Virus record (IMG/VR): IMGVR_UViG_3300037483_000275
Span: 1-57,372 of that record
Strand: one strand, 5' to 3'
Source of the DNA: a virus
Taxonomy: Duplodnaviria; Caudoviricetes
Length of the DNA stretch: 57,372 nt
Shown piece by piece: positions 37,353-47,339 of this stretch (positions within the stretch are counted from its first letter, which is position 1; the number at the start of each line of letters is the position of its first letter). The notes under the pieces are model-generated. The model had not been told where the DNA came from and searched no databases. It was given only the letters and a program-made list of their open reading frames with translations. Made by a program: the position numbers and the translations under genes.

Positions 37353-38115
37353 AGTGGTTCACGCCTCCGAGTCTGGCCATTGGTACTGGCCCACGGGTCT
37401 CCCCGCGTACGCAGTCGAGGGAGCCAAGGGGGAAATGCGGCCCACCACGCTCCGGGATGCCCGGAAGCTCGGGCTCTTGCCCTCGGTGACCACGATCATC
37501 CGGACGGCCGCGTCTCCTGGTCTGGAGATTTGGAAGCAGAAACAGGTCTTGCTGGCGGCGCTGACCCTGCCCCGGTTGGATGGGGAGACAGACGACGCGC
37601 TCATTACCCGGATTCTGGACGACTCGAAACAACAAGTCCGGCAGGCGGCGGACATCGGGACCCAGATCCACGCCGCGGTGCAGGCGCATTACTCCGACGA
37701 GCCGATGACCCAGTACCCGGACATCGTGGACGCGGTGCGGCACGAACTGAAAGCGCACTACGGGGACTTGGCCTGGCCGCTGGATGCGGAACGATGTTTT
37801 GCCCACCCGCTGGGATACGGCGGCAAGGCGGATCTGCACAACCCGATGTTGGTCCTCGATGTGAAAACCAAGGACTTCGCGGATGCCCGGGAGTTGAGGG
37901 TCTACGACGAACAGGTCATGCAGCTTGCGGCCTACCGGGTAGGACTGGGGTTTCCCTACGCGCGGTGCGCGAATGTATTCGTGAGCACAACGAAACCCGG
38001 GTTGGTGTGGGTGGCGGAGCATCGGGGCGACGAGCTGGCGAAGGGCTGGGAGATGTTCGTGGCCCTGCTCCATTTCTGGCAAAATAAGACAAACCACCGG
38101 CCGAAGGCTGCATGA
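37336..38115 (+). CDS. PD-(D/E)XK exonuclease (Cas4-like/RecB family)
   Basis: LPSVTTII, GTQIH, YGGKADL...LDVKT, QLAAY. Confidence 0.85.
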   Translation: MISPSEVVHASESGHWYWPTGLPAYAVEGAKGEMRPTTLRDARKLGLLPSVTTIIRTAASPGLEIWKQKQVLLAALTLPRLDGETDDALITRILDDSKQQVRQAADIGTQIHAAVQAHYSDEPMTQYPDIVDAVRHELKAHYGDLAWPLDAERCFAHPLGYGGKADLHNPMLVLDVKTKDFADARELRVYDEQVMQLAAYRVGLGFPYARCANVFVSTTKPGLVWVAEHRGDELAKGWEMFVALLHFWQNKTNHRPKAA

Positions 38116-38399
38116 AAATCGGATCGGTTTCGATTCCTGATCCTGATGGCGAGGAATACCACGACCTGGCAGCATGGTACAGTGGGTTTGCCTACGCCGA
38201 GCACTACCGGCACGTCGTGTTGTCAGCGATCCGCGAAATGCTGCGCGCTGGGAATGCTATCGGGGGAAAGAAAATGACCGAGGCCAGACTAGAAGACGCC
38301 TCGCGCTCGCATCCACTGTACCTGGAATTTCTGGAGAAACACTTGCGGGGACGCATTCGATGGGAGCACGCGTTTCTGAGCCAAGGAGGAATGCGATGA
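38112..38399 (+). CDS. Hypothetical protein
   Basis: Coupled ORF after the exonuclease. Confidence 0.5.
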   Translation: MKIGSVSIPDPDGEEYHDLAAWYSGFAYAEHYRHVVLSAIREMLRAGNAIGGKKMTEARLEDASRSHPLYLEFLEKHLRGRIRWEHAFLSQGGMR

Positions 38400-38813
38400 C
38401 ATCGGTAGCCGAGCAGCAACTGTCGCTCCGGATCACCCGTCTCCTAGCGGACGTGCGGACACCGGTCCAGCGGTGGCGGGTCACGGCGAACGGGATGTAT
38501 CACGGCAGCTTCCCCGGCGCGAAGGCCACGACGGAAGCCGAAGCCCGAGCCTATGCGAAGTCGTTGTATCCCCAGCGATGGAATGACCAAACGTGGAATG
38601 TGGAGGCAGTGCGCTAGTGTCCTACTCGCATGATCCCCATGAGCGTGCTGTTGAGATCTCCGATAGATGGGATCGGTGGCATTCAAGGGGTTACTCTTTT
38701 AATCCAGAGAACGCCTACGTTGAACTTGCGCGGGCATATTTGGAACTTGAAGTCAGGTTTGGATTCGTCCAAAAGGAGCTAGACGTACTTAAGACCCGCT
38801 GGGAGGCTATCCG

Positions 38814-39209
38814 GTGAAACGGTTTTCGGGTGATGACCCTTCCGTCCTCCGACGCCGGACCCTGGAGGAGCAGACCGGGGATACGCCCCTGTTCGGGGAC
38901 TGGCCGGAACGACCCCCAGCCGGGAATGAACAACGGGAAATGGCTCTTCAGGGTACGACCGAGGCGCGGTTCCTGGCGTGGCTAGCAACGGCAGAGGGCG
39001 CTCGGTTCTACGTGGTGTTCTGCGGCCAGTTACTCAGCGATGCGCGAGACGGCCGGAGAGTGAGCGCCAAGTACGCCTGGGAAGTCGGGCGGCGGGAGAC
39101 GAAAGTAAAAGCCGACAATCGATTTCATGCGCTGGCGATCCGCCGGGCCGAAGAGGAGTACCCCGAGTTGCAGCAGCGAGCCGAGAAGCGGAAACGGAAA
39201 TCCGCATGA
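38814..39209 (+). CDS. Hypothetical protein
   Basis: GGGAGG RBS; coupled to the next ORF. Confidence 0.5.
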   Translation: MKRFSGDDPSVLRRRTLEEQTGDTPLFGDWPERPPAGNEQREMALQGTTEARFLAWLATAEGARFYVVFCGQLLSDARDGRRVSAKYAWEVGRRETKVKADNRFHALAIRRAEEEYPELQQRAEKRKRKSA

Positions 39210-39562
39210 TCCGGTGTTACTGTGGGGCTGAGATGGTACAGCGGACGACACGCTACGGTGTTGCCTACTGCTGCACGGCGCCAAACTGTGACGGCATTGT
39301 GGGTACCCATCGGAGAACGGGCCTTCCGATGGGGCTTCCCGCTGACAAAGCAACGCGGCAAGCTCGTAGGCAGGCGCATGAAGCTTTTGACCGACTGTGG
39401 GTCAAGGCGCGGGACAAGAGCGGAGCGCGGAAACGGGCGTACAAGTGGCTGGCGGAAGTCATGGGTCTCACCGAACACACGGCGCACATCGGGCACATGA
39501 CGAAAGACCAGTGTGAACGTGTCGTTCAGTTATGCGAGGCAAAGGCGCCACAGCCAGCCTAA
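39206..39562 (+). CDS. DUF3268-like zinc-finger protein
   Basis: CYCG...CDGIVGTH...RRQAHEAFDRLW...AYKWLA...HIG. Confidence 0.8.
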   Translation: MIRCYCGAEMVQRTTRYGVAYCCTAPNCDGIVGTHRRTGLPMGLPADKATRQARRQAHEAFDRLWVKARDKSGARKRAYKWLAEVMGLTEHTAHIGHMTKDQCERVVQLCEAKAPQPA

Positions 39563-39605
39563 CAAGTGTACCGTCGGGGTGGCTCCCCCCACCCGGCGGG
39601 TAGGG

Positions 39606-39669
39606 TCGCGTGCGGCCGATATAGTTTCGGCTGGGATTGACCGGTGCTGGTTCGACTCCAGCCACGCGA
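39606..39669 (+). ncRNA. tRNA-like element (7-bp acceptor plus 5-bp T-arm, no D-arm)
   Basis: TCGCGTG/CACGCGA, CGGCCGA/TCGGCTG hairpin, GGATTG linker, GCTGG-TTCGACT-CCAGC. Confidence 0.6.
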
Positions 39670-40015
39670 TTGAGTGGGTCCACCCACAGGAGGCGGTGAC
39701 ACCATGACGGAGCGGGGAAAAGTGTTGCTCCAGCGGGAAGGCGTGCGGCAATGGATGCGCCGCGGTAGTCCTATGATCCCCTACTCGATTGAAGTGGCGA
39801 TTTGTGCTGCCTTCCCACTCCCCCCTGAGCGGGTGCCCAACGTAGTACGTGAGGGACGTTTTGAGTACCGCTGCTGGGCGGGTGAAGTGCAGACCCGCTG
39901 GGCTGGCGAACGTGATGTAGATGATGGGTGGGAATCGTTCGAGCCTGGAGCGACAGAAGCGATTCGTACTGTGTTAGCCTGTCCCTGGGTCGAGCGTCCC
40001 GCCGAGGAGGAGTAG

Positions 40016-40369
40016 ATGGCTGAGAAGTCTGTGGTGGTAGAGCGTCCCCGCTCGCAAGCGGAACTGGTGAACCGTCTGACGGCTACACTAGTCGCCTTGC
40101 CATGGACCGTGGTGGGGCCGTACCAGATGCAGCCGGAAGAGGGTATCCCGGAGACGTGGGCGATTCACTGCATGGAGCTGCCGAACTGTGTGGTTTACTG
40201 CGAGACGGCGGCGAAGTGCGAGAAAGAGTGGCCCGATTGTCTCCACGCTTTCATGATGGCCTACGCGGCCTACGGGGAACTACCCCCGCGCCTGCCGGTT
40301 GGATTCTCTTATCTGGCTAACACCACCTACAACTCTGGTGGCATCGCCACTGTTAGGCTGACCGCATGA
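40016..40369 (+). CDS. HicB-like protein
   Basis: WAIHCMELPNCVVYCET...GELPP. Confidence 0.55.
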   Translation: MAEKSVVVERPRSQAELVNRLTATLVALPWTVVGPYQMQPEEGIPETWAIHCMELPNCVVYCETAAKCEKEWPDCLHAFMMAYAAYGELPPRLPVGFSYLANTTYNSGGIATVRLTA

Positions 40370-40784
40370 ACGATTCTAAGGTTGTGGTGAAGCGTCCGCG
40401 CCAGTCGGACCCTCGCGCTATTCGGTTTCGGGAGGCCAAAGCAGCGGCGGCGAAATGGGAAGCGGCGGTTGTGGCCCGAGATAAGGCTGGAGCCCGGGTC
40501 AAGGAAGCCAACGAGGCATTTGATAAGGTGGTTGCTTCGGCGGGAAGCCCGGAAGAGGCTAGCTATTTGGCCTCCCTCTGGAACGGTGCCGGGAAGTGAC
40601 AACGGCGTGGGGGCTTGACAAGGGAGTTGAGAATGCCAGAGGGGCGAAAGGCGTTTTTGCGTCTTTTCCCCATCGGTTTTCTGTTGAATCCCGTCTTTGT
40701 AACAGAGGACCGGCGACTTATTCGTCTAAAGGCCCCTCAAAAGGTGAGAATCCCCCGAGCGAATCGAATCTTAACTTGGGTGGT

Positions 40785-41249
40785 ATGGACACATCAGAGC
40801 CTCATGGTTTCCCGCCCAAGCGCTTAGAAGAAACGTTCTTAAAGTGGTGGCTGCGCCTGACTCCGGAAGAGGTCTGTCGATTCGCCTTGGCCTGCCACTT
40901 CCTTGGGGTTCTGCCTCAAGGTGGTTTCAACCATTACGTCAGTCTCCACCCCGACGACAATGCATGGCTGCTGGAGCAACAGCGCCTGCGCCAGCCTGTA
41001 CCGCCCCTGGCCCAGTTTGAGCGGCAAGAAATTCTTGAGCGGGACGGAGAGCAATGCAGGGTCTGCGGAACGACTGAGGGCCCGTTCGAGGTGGATCACA
41101 AGCGACCACGCTCGCGCGGCGGGGATAACAAGCCGTCAAACCTTTGGGTGCTTTGCATGCGCTGTAACTGCTCCAAGAGCGACAAGACGGTTGAAGAGTT
41201 TCTCGCCTGGCGGAAAGCGCAGAACCCCGGTACGGAGAGCGCGGCATGA
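40785..41249 (+). CDS. HNH endonuclease
   Basis: RDGEQCRVCG...EVDHKRPRSRGG...NLWVLCMRCNCSK; start uncertain (40596 or 40785). Confidence 0.88.
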   Translation: MDTSEPHGFPPKRLEETFLKWWLRLTPEEVCRFALACHFLGVLPQGGFNHYVSLHPDDNAWLLEQQRLRQPVPPLAQFERQEILERDGEQCRVCGTTEGPFEVDHKRPRSRGGDNKPSNLWVLCMRCNCSKSDKTVEEFLAWRKAQNPGTESAA

Positions 41250-41446
41250 CTCGCCGGGTCGAACTGGCGACCTCAGACGGACCCGACGTCCTGCTCTGGG
41301 ACGTGGCGGAAACTTGCCGCCAGCTCGGGGGCATTTCCCGCCGCACCCTGGAGCGGATGGACCTGAAGCCCGTCAAGATCGGTCGACGCACCTTCTATAA
41401 GCCCGAGGATGTGCGGGCGGTCGTCCGCCGGGAGAGCGCCGCATGA
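41246..41446 (+). CDS. xis: Excisionase-like HTH protein
   Basis: LLWDVAETCRQLGGISRRTL...PVKIGRRTFY; directly upstream of the integrase. Confidence 0.75.
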   Translation: MTRRVELATSDGPDVLLWDVAETCRQLGGISRRTLERMDLKPVKIGRRTFYKPEDVRAVVRRESAA

Positions 41447-42468
41447 GCCTCTACGTCGAACGAAAGCTCGGGACCATCGTCATTGACCGGTCGTTCCGTG
41501 GGGTGGGACGGATCAAGCGGGCCACGGGGACCAACGTTCTGAAGCGGGCCGAACGGTATGACCAGATGCTGTCCGACCTGTACGAACAGGACCGGCTGGA
41601 CGTACTGAAAGCCATCCGGGCGAAGGCCGTCAGCATTCGGGAAGTCTGGGCAGTCTGGCAGTCCGGGGACCGGCGGAAGCTCCCCACAATCGAGAGCGTG
41701 AAGAATCTGGATGCCACGAGCGCGACGTGGATCAAAGCGGCCGATTGCTCGGACGCCCACCGGCAGAACCATCGGAAGGCGTTCGCGGTACTACTGAAAG
41801 GCGAACCGGCCGGCGCCACGCTGGTCGACCTTCCCGCTCTCCTCAAGGCGTACAAGGGCCGGGCCAAAGGTCACGTCATGTTCAATCGGGTTCGGGCCAC
41901 CGTCTTGGCGTTTCTCCGGGACCAGCTCGGCCGGCGCCACCGGCTGTATGAGGAATGCATGGACCTTGCCGCCTGGCAGGAACACGCGGAGCCTGGGGTG
42001 AAACTGTCCGTGGACGAGTTGCGGGGCGTGGCGGAGCGCCTAGGAGGCCACGGGGGTATGGCGTGGGCGATGGTGCTATCCGGGATGCGCCGCGGGGAGT
42101 ACTGGGGCAAGTGGGACGTCCAGGAGGATCGCTACCGGATCTTCGGGACCAAGAGCAGGGCGAGCATCCGGGAAGTCCCGAACCTGGGACCGCTCATCCG
42201 GCCGATGCTGGGCTACCAAGCGTTCCGGGTCAAGCTGGGGAAAGCCCGGCCGGGGATGACCCCGCACGATTTCCGGCACACCTACATGCATTGGATGGAA
42301 CTGTCGGGGATCAGCCGGATCCGGCGGAAGATGTATCTAGGCCATCGGACGGGGGACGTGACGGCGATTTACGAACGGCACGAGGTGGACGGGTTTCTGA
42401 AGAGCGATGCCCGGCTGATGCTCGATTTCATCGGCCCGGTGCCTGCCGGAATCAGGCTGGTTAGCTAA
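41443..42468 (+). CDS. int: Tyrosine recombinase/integrase
   Basis: SGMRRGE, HDFRHT, LGH and AIY catalytic R-H-R-H-Y set. Confidence 0.93.
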   Translation: MSLYVERKLGTIVIDRSFRGVGRIKRATGTNVLKRAERYDQMLSDLYEQDRLDVLKAIRAKAVSIREVWAVWQSGDRRKLPTIESVKNLDATSATWIKAADCSDAHRQNHRKAFAVLLKGEPAGATLVDLPALLKAYKGRAKGHVMFNRVRATVLAFLRDQLGRRHRLYEECMDLAAWQEHAEPGVKLSVDELRGVAERLGGHGGMAWAMVLSGMRRGEYWGKWDVQEDRYRIFGTKSRASIREVPNLGPLIRPMLGYQAFRVKLGKARPGMTPHDFRHTYMHWMELSGISRIRRKMYLGHRTGDVTAIYERHEVDGFLKSDARLMLDFIGPVPAGIRLVS

Positions 42469-42521
42469 ATGCGTCCGACTTTCCCCACGGATAGCCTGAC
42501 CTGTGCCATGTTAAGTCTAAG

Positions 42522-42567
42522 TGCGCCGCGTAGGAATCGAACCTACAACCTAGTGATTAAGAGTCAG
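42522..42567 (-). other. attP core: 3' part of tRNA-Lys(CTT)
   Basis: Reverse complement TGA-CTCTTAA-TCA...GTAGG-TTCGATT-CCTAC-GCGGCGC-A gives anticodon arm, T-arm and acceptor 3' strand; no 5' half; ~50 nt after int. Confidence 0.85.
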
Positions 42568-42811
42568 TATAGGTACGTCTCTTCGCGTCGCACGGAGACG
42601 TATGTATACGCGCTCAGCCGCTTTAGGCCAGAGCCCGAACAAACACTAAAACGCCTCCACGCGTCCGAATCCGTCCCGAAACCACCCCGGAAGTCCCCAC
42701 GGATGGCGATGGGCCATGGTTACACGTGCAACATCGGTGTGTCCCCTCTCCGGAGCCACCGGTAATGCAGCCGTACCGCTCCCAGATCGACAGAACCGAC
42801 ACGAGGACCAC

Positions 42812-43252
42812 ATGAGTCTGAATTTACTGACAACGTTGACGGTGATTGAATGCGGCGAGTGCGGCGTCGCGTTCGCGATGGCGGATAGCTTCATCGCCCA
42901 ACGCCGGAAGGATCATCAGATTTGGTATTGCCCGAATGGGCATCAACGGTACTACTCCGGGGAGAATGAAGCGGAGCGGTTGAAACGCGAGCTGGAGGAT
43001 GAGAGGAGCCGGACCCGGTTCTATCGAGAGAGGCAGGAGGTTGAAGCCCGGAGCCGTGTCGCCGCAGAGCATCAGGCCCGCGCCTACAAAGGCGTCGCAA
43101 CCCGCGTCAAGCGTCGCATCGCCGTGGGGGTGTGTCCCTGCTGCAATCGCACATTCCAAGACTTGCAACGTCACATGAGCGGCCAGCATCCTGATTTTCG
43201 TCAAGGACTCGGGCTGATGCCGGCGTTCCCCGAGAAGGAGCCCCCGAAATGA
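42812..43252 (+). CDS. Zn-finger/coiled-coil protein
   Basis: CGEC, YCPNGH, CPCC...RHMSGQH; GAGG RBS. Confidence 0.65.
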   Translation: MSLNLLTTLTVIECGECGVAFAMADSFIAQRRKDHQIWYCPNGHQRYYSGENEAERLKRELEDERSRTRFYRERQEVEARSRVAAEHQARAYKGVATRVKRRIAVGVCPCCNRTFQDLQRHMSGQHPDFRQGLGLMPAFPEKEPPK

Positions 43253-44129
43253 AGATGCCGCTCTCCAGGTATGCGGTGCCGATTCTTGCTCGCATGGGGC
43301 GGTTTGGAGATTGGCTGCTGCACCGTCTCGGCTGGGTGACCTTCCGCAATGAGACGCGGCGGCATGCCCATGCGTCGGATTGCGTGGAGCCGCGCCCCGC
43401 GTTGCACCTGAGACCCCAGGGCTGGGTGAAGCGCTGCGAGACGTGCCAGATGCCGGTTGAGATCCACTTCGCATTCTGGGAGACGGATCAAGGTCACGTG
43501 CCGCCCGAAGTGGTGCTGTGGTTGGTGGAGGAAACGAAGGTCATCGCCAGACTGGAGGGAATCCTGTGCTGAACCGTCGCGGCTTTCTGCTGGGCCTCCC
43601 GGCAGCGATCTACGGGGCATATAAAACTGGATTGGCCGAACCAATTCCCACGCCTACACCGATGCCGACCCTGCTCATCCCGACGGTATTTACCGATGGG
43701 TACAACACGGGTTCCAGCGGTCACTGGTCGGTAGTCATGGACTGCGATTACTCCAACGGATGGGTGAATCAGCAAATCAATGTGCGGGTATCCTAACGTG
43801 ACCGTTCCTTCTCGGGAGCCCCTGATGGGACCCGACATACCGGAGTGGCTCGAAAAAGTACTCGCAAGGCCACGCGGGAGCGAATGGCCGATAACTCCCT
43901 ACCTGAATCCAGAGGCAGAATTTCGCGCATTGGCGTCTGGCGTCGCGGCGGGGACGCTGGACGGACTGGCCCGCGAGTGTGAGGCACGCGCAAAACCGAT
44001 CCTCGACGCGCTGGTTTACGGGCAACGGGAAGATGTGGTTGTAGTCACCAGCCAGGTTCGAGCCTACCGAACAATTCGGGACCGATGCTGGGAATTGGCC
44101 GCTGCGTTGCGGGCTGGGCGGGCGGCGTC

Positions 44130-44408
44130 GTGAGCCCCGAAACCCGTCCGATGCTGCACTACTGCGTTGGCGACATCGACGGGTACGCCATCATGGTGCA
44201 TGATGACCCAGACGGGCGTGTGCGGTGGGCCGCATCACTGCGGGCGTTGCCGGGATGCATCGCTCAGGGGGATAGCAGACAGGAGGCTCTCACAAAACTG
44301 CGCGCCATCTGGCCGCGGTATCGCGATCACTTAGAGCGCCACGGCTGCACAATCTCAGATCCTGACCCACCAAACCTAACCATTGGTGACGCGTGGGTGT
44401 CCGCGTGA
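44130..44408 (+). CDS. HicB-family protein
   Basis: WAASLRALPGCIAQGDSRQEAL. Confidence 0.75.
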   Translation: MSPETRPMLHYCVGDIDGYAIMVHDDPDGRVRWAASLRALPGCIAQGDSRQEALTKLRAIWPRYRDHLERHGCTISDPDPPNLTIGDAWVSA

Positions 44409-44950
44409 GTGGGAGCCCGGCAGCGACCCCCCGCTCGATTCTGGCGATTGACCCTGGTACCTCGGAGTCGGGCTGGTGCTTCTACCGTGGCGGCAGGGTG
44501 CTAGAGAGCGGTACGGAGCTGAACGAGAACGTACTGGATTTTCCCGCGCTCCCCTCATTCGACGGGGCACTGGTGGCGGTGGAGATGGTGGCAAGCTACG
44601 GGATGCCCGTCGGGCGCGAGGTATTCGAGACAGTGCTATTCACCGGGCGACTGGTTGAGCGGGCCGACGCGTGGAGGCACCCGACACAGCTCGTCTACCG
44701 GAAAGACGTCAAGCTCTACCTCTGTCAATCGGCGCGAGCGAAAGACGCGAATATCAAGCAAGCTCTGATCGACCTGTTAGGCCCGGTGGGTACCAAGGCC
44801 CAGCCCGGCCCGTTGTATGGCGTAAAGGGCCATACCTGGAGCGCGCTAGCCGTGGCAGCCTATGCGGATGCCCACCCCGAGAACGTGGAACCCGTGGCCG
44901 ACCGGGCGGGCAACGGTGGGTTGCTCCTGACCCCGAAGAGGACGACATGA
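44405..44950 (+). CDS. RuvC-like Holliday junction resolvase
   Basis: ILAIDPGTSESGW, VAVE, ALAVA. Confidence 0.75.
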   Translation: MSGSPAATPRSILAIDPGTSESGWCFYRGGRVLESGTELNENVLDFPALPSFDGALVAVEMVASYGMPVGREVFETVLFTGRLVERADAWRHPTQLVYRKDVKLYLCQSARAKDANIKQALIDLLGPVGTKAQPGPLYGVKGHTWSALAVAAYADAHPENVEPVADRAGNGGLLLTPKRTT

Positions 44951-45188
44951 GCCGTGAACAGCCGATCAGCGAGTGGGCGCGCGTCTTGCCCATGCTCTTT
45001 TGGGCGCGGGAGAGTTTCAGCCGATGGCAAGAGTTTACGCGGCGTTTGCAGATGTCCGTCAGTACGGATCGCTACGTCATAAATCACTCTGATGTGTGGC
45101 GGATCATCGAGCCCCGGCATATCCAGATGGTCGCGCAAGACTGCGGCTTTCCCCAGGACGCAGACCAAGCCGCGGAAGCGAGGGTGTT

Positions 45189-45554
45189 ATGAGAGGCCAT
45201 CGCAAAGTGCAGCGTCCCACCGGCGCCCGACGGTTCCCGAATACCGAGGACTCGGCACACTTGGACGTGGTGCGCCGGCTCCGCTGTCTAATCGCCTACA
45301 AGTATGCCCATATCCAGCGGTGGCGTGGTATCTACCCCAACCGGAAGCTGGAGACGATCGAAGTGCAGCACGTCTGCGACTCGCCGGCCGAAGCGCACCA
45401 CGTCAGGACGAAAGCCCGGGGCGGGCATGACCGGGAGACGGTGCCGTTATGCAGGGCCGCGCATTCTGAATTGCACCAGATCGGCGCGACAGCGTTTGAG
45501 TCTCGATGGAAGGTGGACTTGCGGGCGGTCGCGGCACGGATCGGGCAACAATGA
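45189..45554 (+). CDS. DUF968/HNH-like nuclease
   Basis: AEAHHVR...TVPLCRAAHSELHQIG. Confidence 0.7.
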   Translation: MRGHRKVQRPTGARRFPNTEDSAHLDVVRRLRCLIAYKYAHIQRWRGIYPNRKLETIEVQHVCDSPAEAHHVRTKARGGHDRETVPLCRAAHSELHQIGATAFESRWKVDLRAVAARIGQQ

Positions 45555-46324
45555 CCCAGCTCGTCCTGTCCCTCTTTCCGGGAATCGGTCTCCTGGATAT
45601 GGCGTTTGAAACCGAAGGGTTCTGTGTCGTGCGTGGGCCGGACCTGCTGTGGGGTGGAGACATCCGCCGGTTCCATCCGCCGGCCGGGAGGTTTGATGGG
45701 GTGATCGGTGGACCACCGTGCCAGCCGTTCTCGCAACTGGTTCACATGGTTCGCGCCAACGGATACGAGCCGAAACACCCCGACCTAATTCCCGAGTTTG
45801 AGCGAGTCGTAGCGGAGGCGAGGCCCGATTGGTTCCTGATGGAGGAGGTGCCGGCCGCTCCGCTGCCCCGCGTGCGGGGCTATCTCGTGAATGGCTATCG
45901 GCTCAACAACCGATGGGTGGGCGGAACACAGGAACGCAAACGGCAGATCAGCTTCGGCACACCAAGCGGGCGTCATCTGCCGCTGGAGCTCTCGGCACTA
46001 GAAGCGTTCGAGTGGGACTTCGCCGTCACCGGGGACGCGCGGACCCGGCCAGTCGCAATGCTCGCTGGCGGTAAGCGCAAGAGCGGCGGCAAAACCAGCA
46101 GCCTGAATCGCGGCGGTGGATCGCTGGAGTTCACGGAGATGTGCCGGCTGCAAGGACTTCCCCAGGACTTTCTCACGGAGTGTCCTTTCACGGTCACAGC
46201 CAAGAGGCAGATGGTGGGCAACGGTGTCCCCCTCCCGATGGGCCGCGCCGTAGCAAAGGCCGTTAAGCTGGCGTTAGGTCTAGACTCGTCGGAGAGTGCC
46301 GCGGCACGGATCGGGGCCCGGTGA
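45551..46324 (+). CDS. DNA (cytosine-5) methyltransferase
   Basis: SLFPGIG, GGPPCQPFS, FLMEEV, QERKR, RLQG, GNGVP. Confidence 0.92.
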   Translation: MTQLVLSLFPGIGLLDMAFETEGFCVVRGPDLLWGGDIRRFHPPAGRFDGVIGGPPCQPFSQLVHMVRANGYEPKHPDLIPEFERVVAEARPDWFLMEEVPAAPLPRVRGYLVNGYRLNNRWVGGTQERKRQISFGTPSGRHLPLELSALEAFEWDFAVTGDARTRPVAMLAGGKRKSGGKTSSLNRGGGSLEFTEMCRLQGLPQDFLTECPFTVTAKRQMVGNGVPLPMGRAVAKAVKLALGLDSSESAAARIGAR

Positions 46325-46530
46325 CCGTCTCCTGGCCCCTCCCCTGGGCTGAACGTGAGCAGCGGGACGCCGCGATTTGTCAGGTTTACGCCGATGCCCG
46401 ACAGCGGACCCGGCGACTCTCTGTGAGGCGAGCGAAGGCATTGTTACGGGACACAGCCGACAATCTGGCGAGTGAGTGGGGGTTATCGGTGGAGCGGATC
46501 CGGCAGATTGTCGGGGGGAGAACCAGGTGA
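46321..46530 (+). CDS. Small HTH protein
   Basis: LASEWGLSVERIRQIV. Confidence 0.55.
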   Translation: MTVSWPLPWAEREQRDAAICQVYADARQRTRRLSVRRAKALLRDTADNLASEWGLSVERIRQIVGGRTR

Positions 46531-47339
46531 GTGACCGAACGGGAATCGGCTGGACTGACGCAACGTGGAATCCGGCAACGGGATGCTCGCACGTCTCACC
46601 CGGCTGTCTGAACTGTTACGCCGAATTCCTATCCCTTCAGAAAGGCTGGTCAACGAAGCCGTGGACGGCACCAAACGCAGCCGAGAATGTCGTTCTCCAT
46701 CCGGATCGATTGGCGCAGCCGATGAGCTGGCGGAGGCCGCGGCGAGTCTTCGTCAACTCGATGAGCGACCTATTCCACGAGCAGATCCCCGACCACTTTA
46801 TTGACCGGGTGTTTTGGACGGCTCGCTTCACTCCTCAACACACCTACCAAGTGCTAACGAAGCGGCCCGAGCGAATGCGGGTATACCGTCCTCAATGGGC
46901 TAACCGATCGCTCGGGTTATTCGATCTCTGGCCTTTACCGAATGTCTGGCTGGGTGTGTCGGTTGAGGACCAGCGGCGACTCGGGGAACGCATTGGTCTT
47001 CTCTGTGAGACGTCGGCGGCAGTCCGCTTTCTCTCGTGCGAGCCCCTGTTAGGTCCGCTGGACTTCGCGAAGGTCGGGGGGATGGGCCCGTTGAAGGCTG
47101 GTCTGACCTCACCAGTCGCTGGGATGGACTGGGTCATCGTCGGGGGTGAGAGCGGGATCAAGCGGCGGGAGATGGACGTGTCTTGGCTCACCGGTGTTGT
47201 CGACCAGTGCCGGGCCGCGTCGGTGCCGGTATTCGTTAAGCAGGACTCTGGGCGGCTTCCTGGGAAACAAGGTCGCATCCCGGCGGAGTACTGGGTTCAG
47301 GGGTACCCGGAGCAGATTGTCGGGGGACGGGCCCGGTGA
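46527..47339 (+). CDS. DUF5131 / phage gp37-gp68 family radical-SAM-like protein
   Basis: IGWTDATWNPATGCSHVSPGCLNCYA, FVNSMSDLFHE, LTKRPER, EPLLGP, WVIVGGESG. Confidence 0.92.
   Translation: MSDRTGIGWTDATWNPATGCSHVSPGCLNCYAEFLSLQKGWSTKPWTAPNAAENVVLHPDRLAQPMSWRRPRRVFVNSMSDLFHEQIPDHFIDRVFWTARFTPQHTYQVLTKRPERMRVYRPQWANRSLGLFDLWPLPNVWLGVSVEDQRRLGERIGLLCETSAAVRFLSCEPLLGPLDFAKVGGMGPLKAGLTSPVAGMDWVIVGGESGIKRREMDVSWLTGVVDQCRAASVPVFVKQDSGRLPGKQGRIPAEYWVQGYPEQIVGGRAR

Noticed and set aside
37336-38115. Cas4 as part of a CRISPR adaptation module
   Set aside because: No Fe-S Cys cluster or cas1; SSB-like neighbour indicates a phage recombination exonuclease
42522-42567. Functional tRNA-Lys gene
   Set aside because: The 5' acceptor strand and D-arm are absent; interpreted as attP
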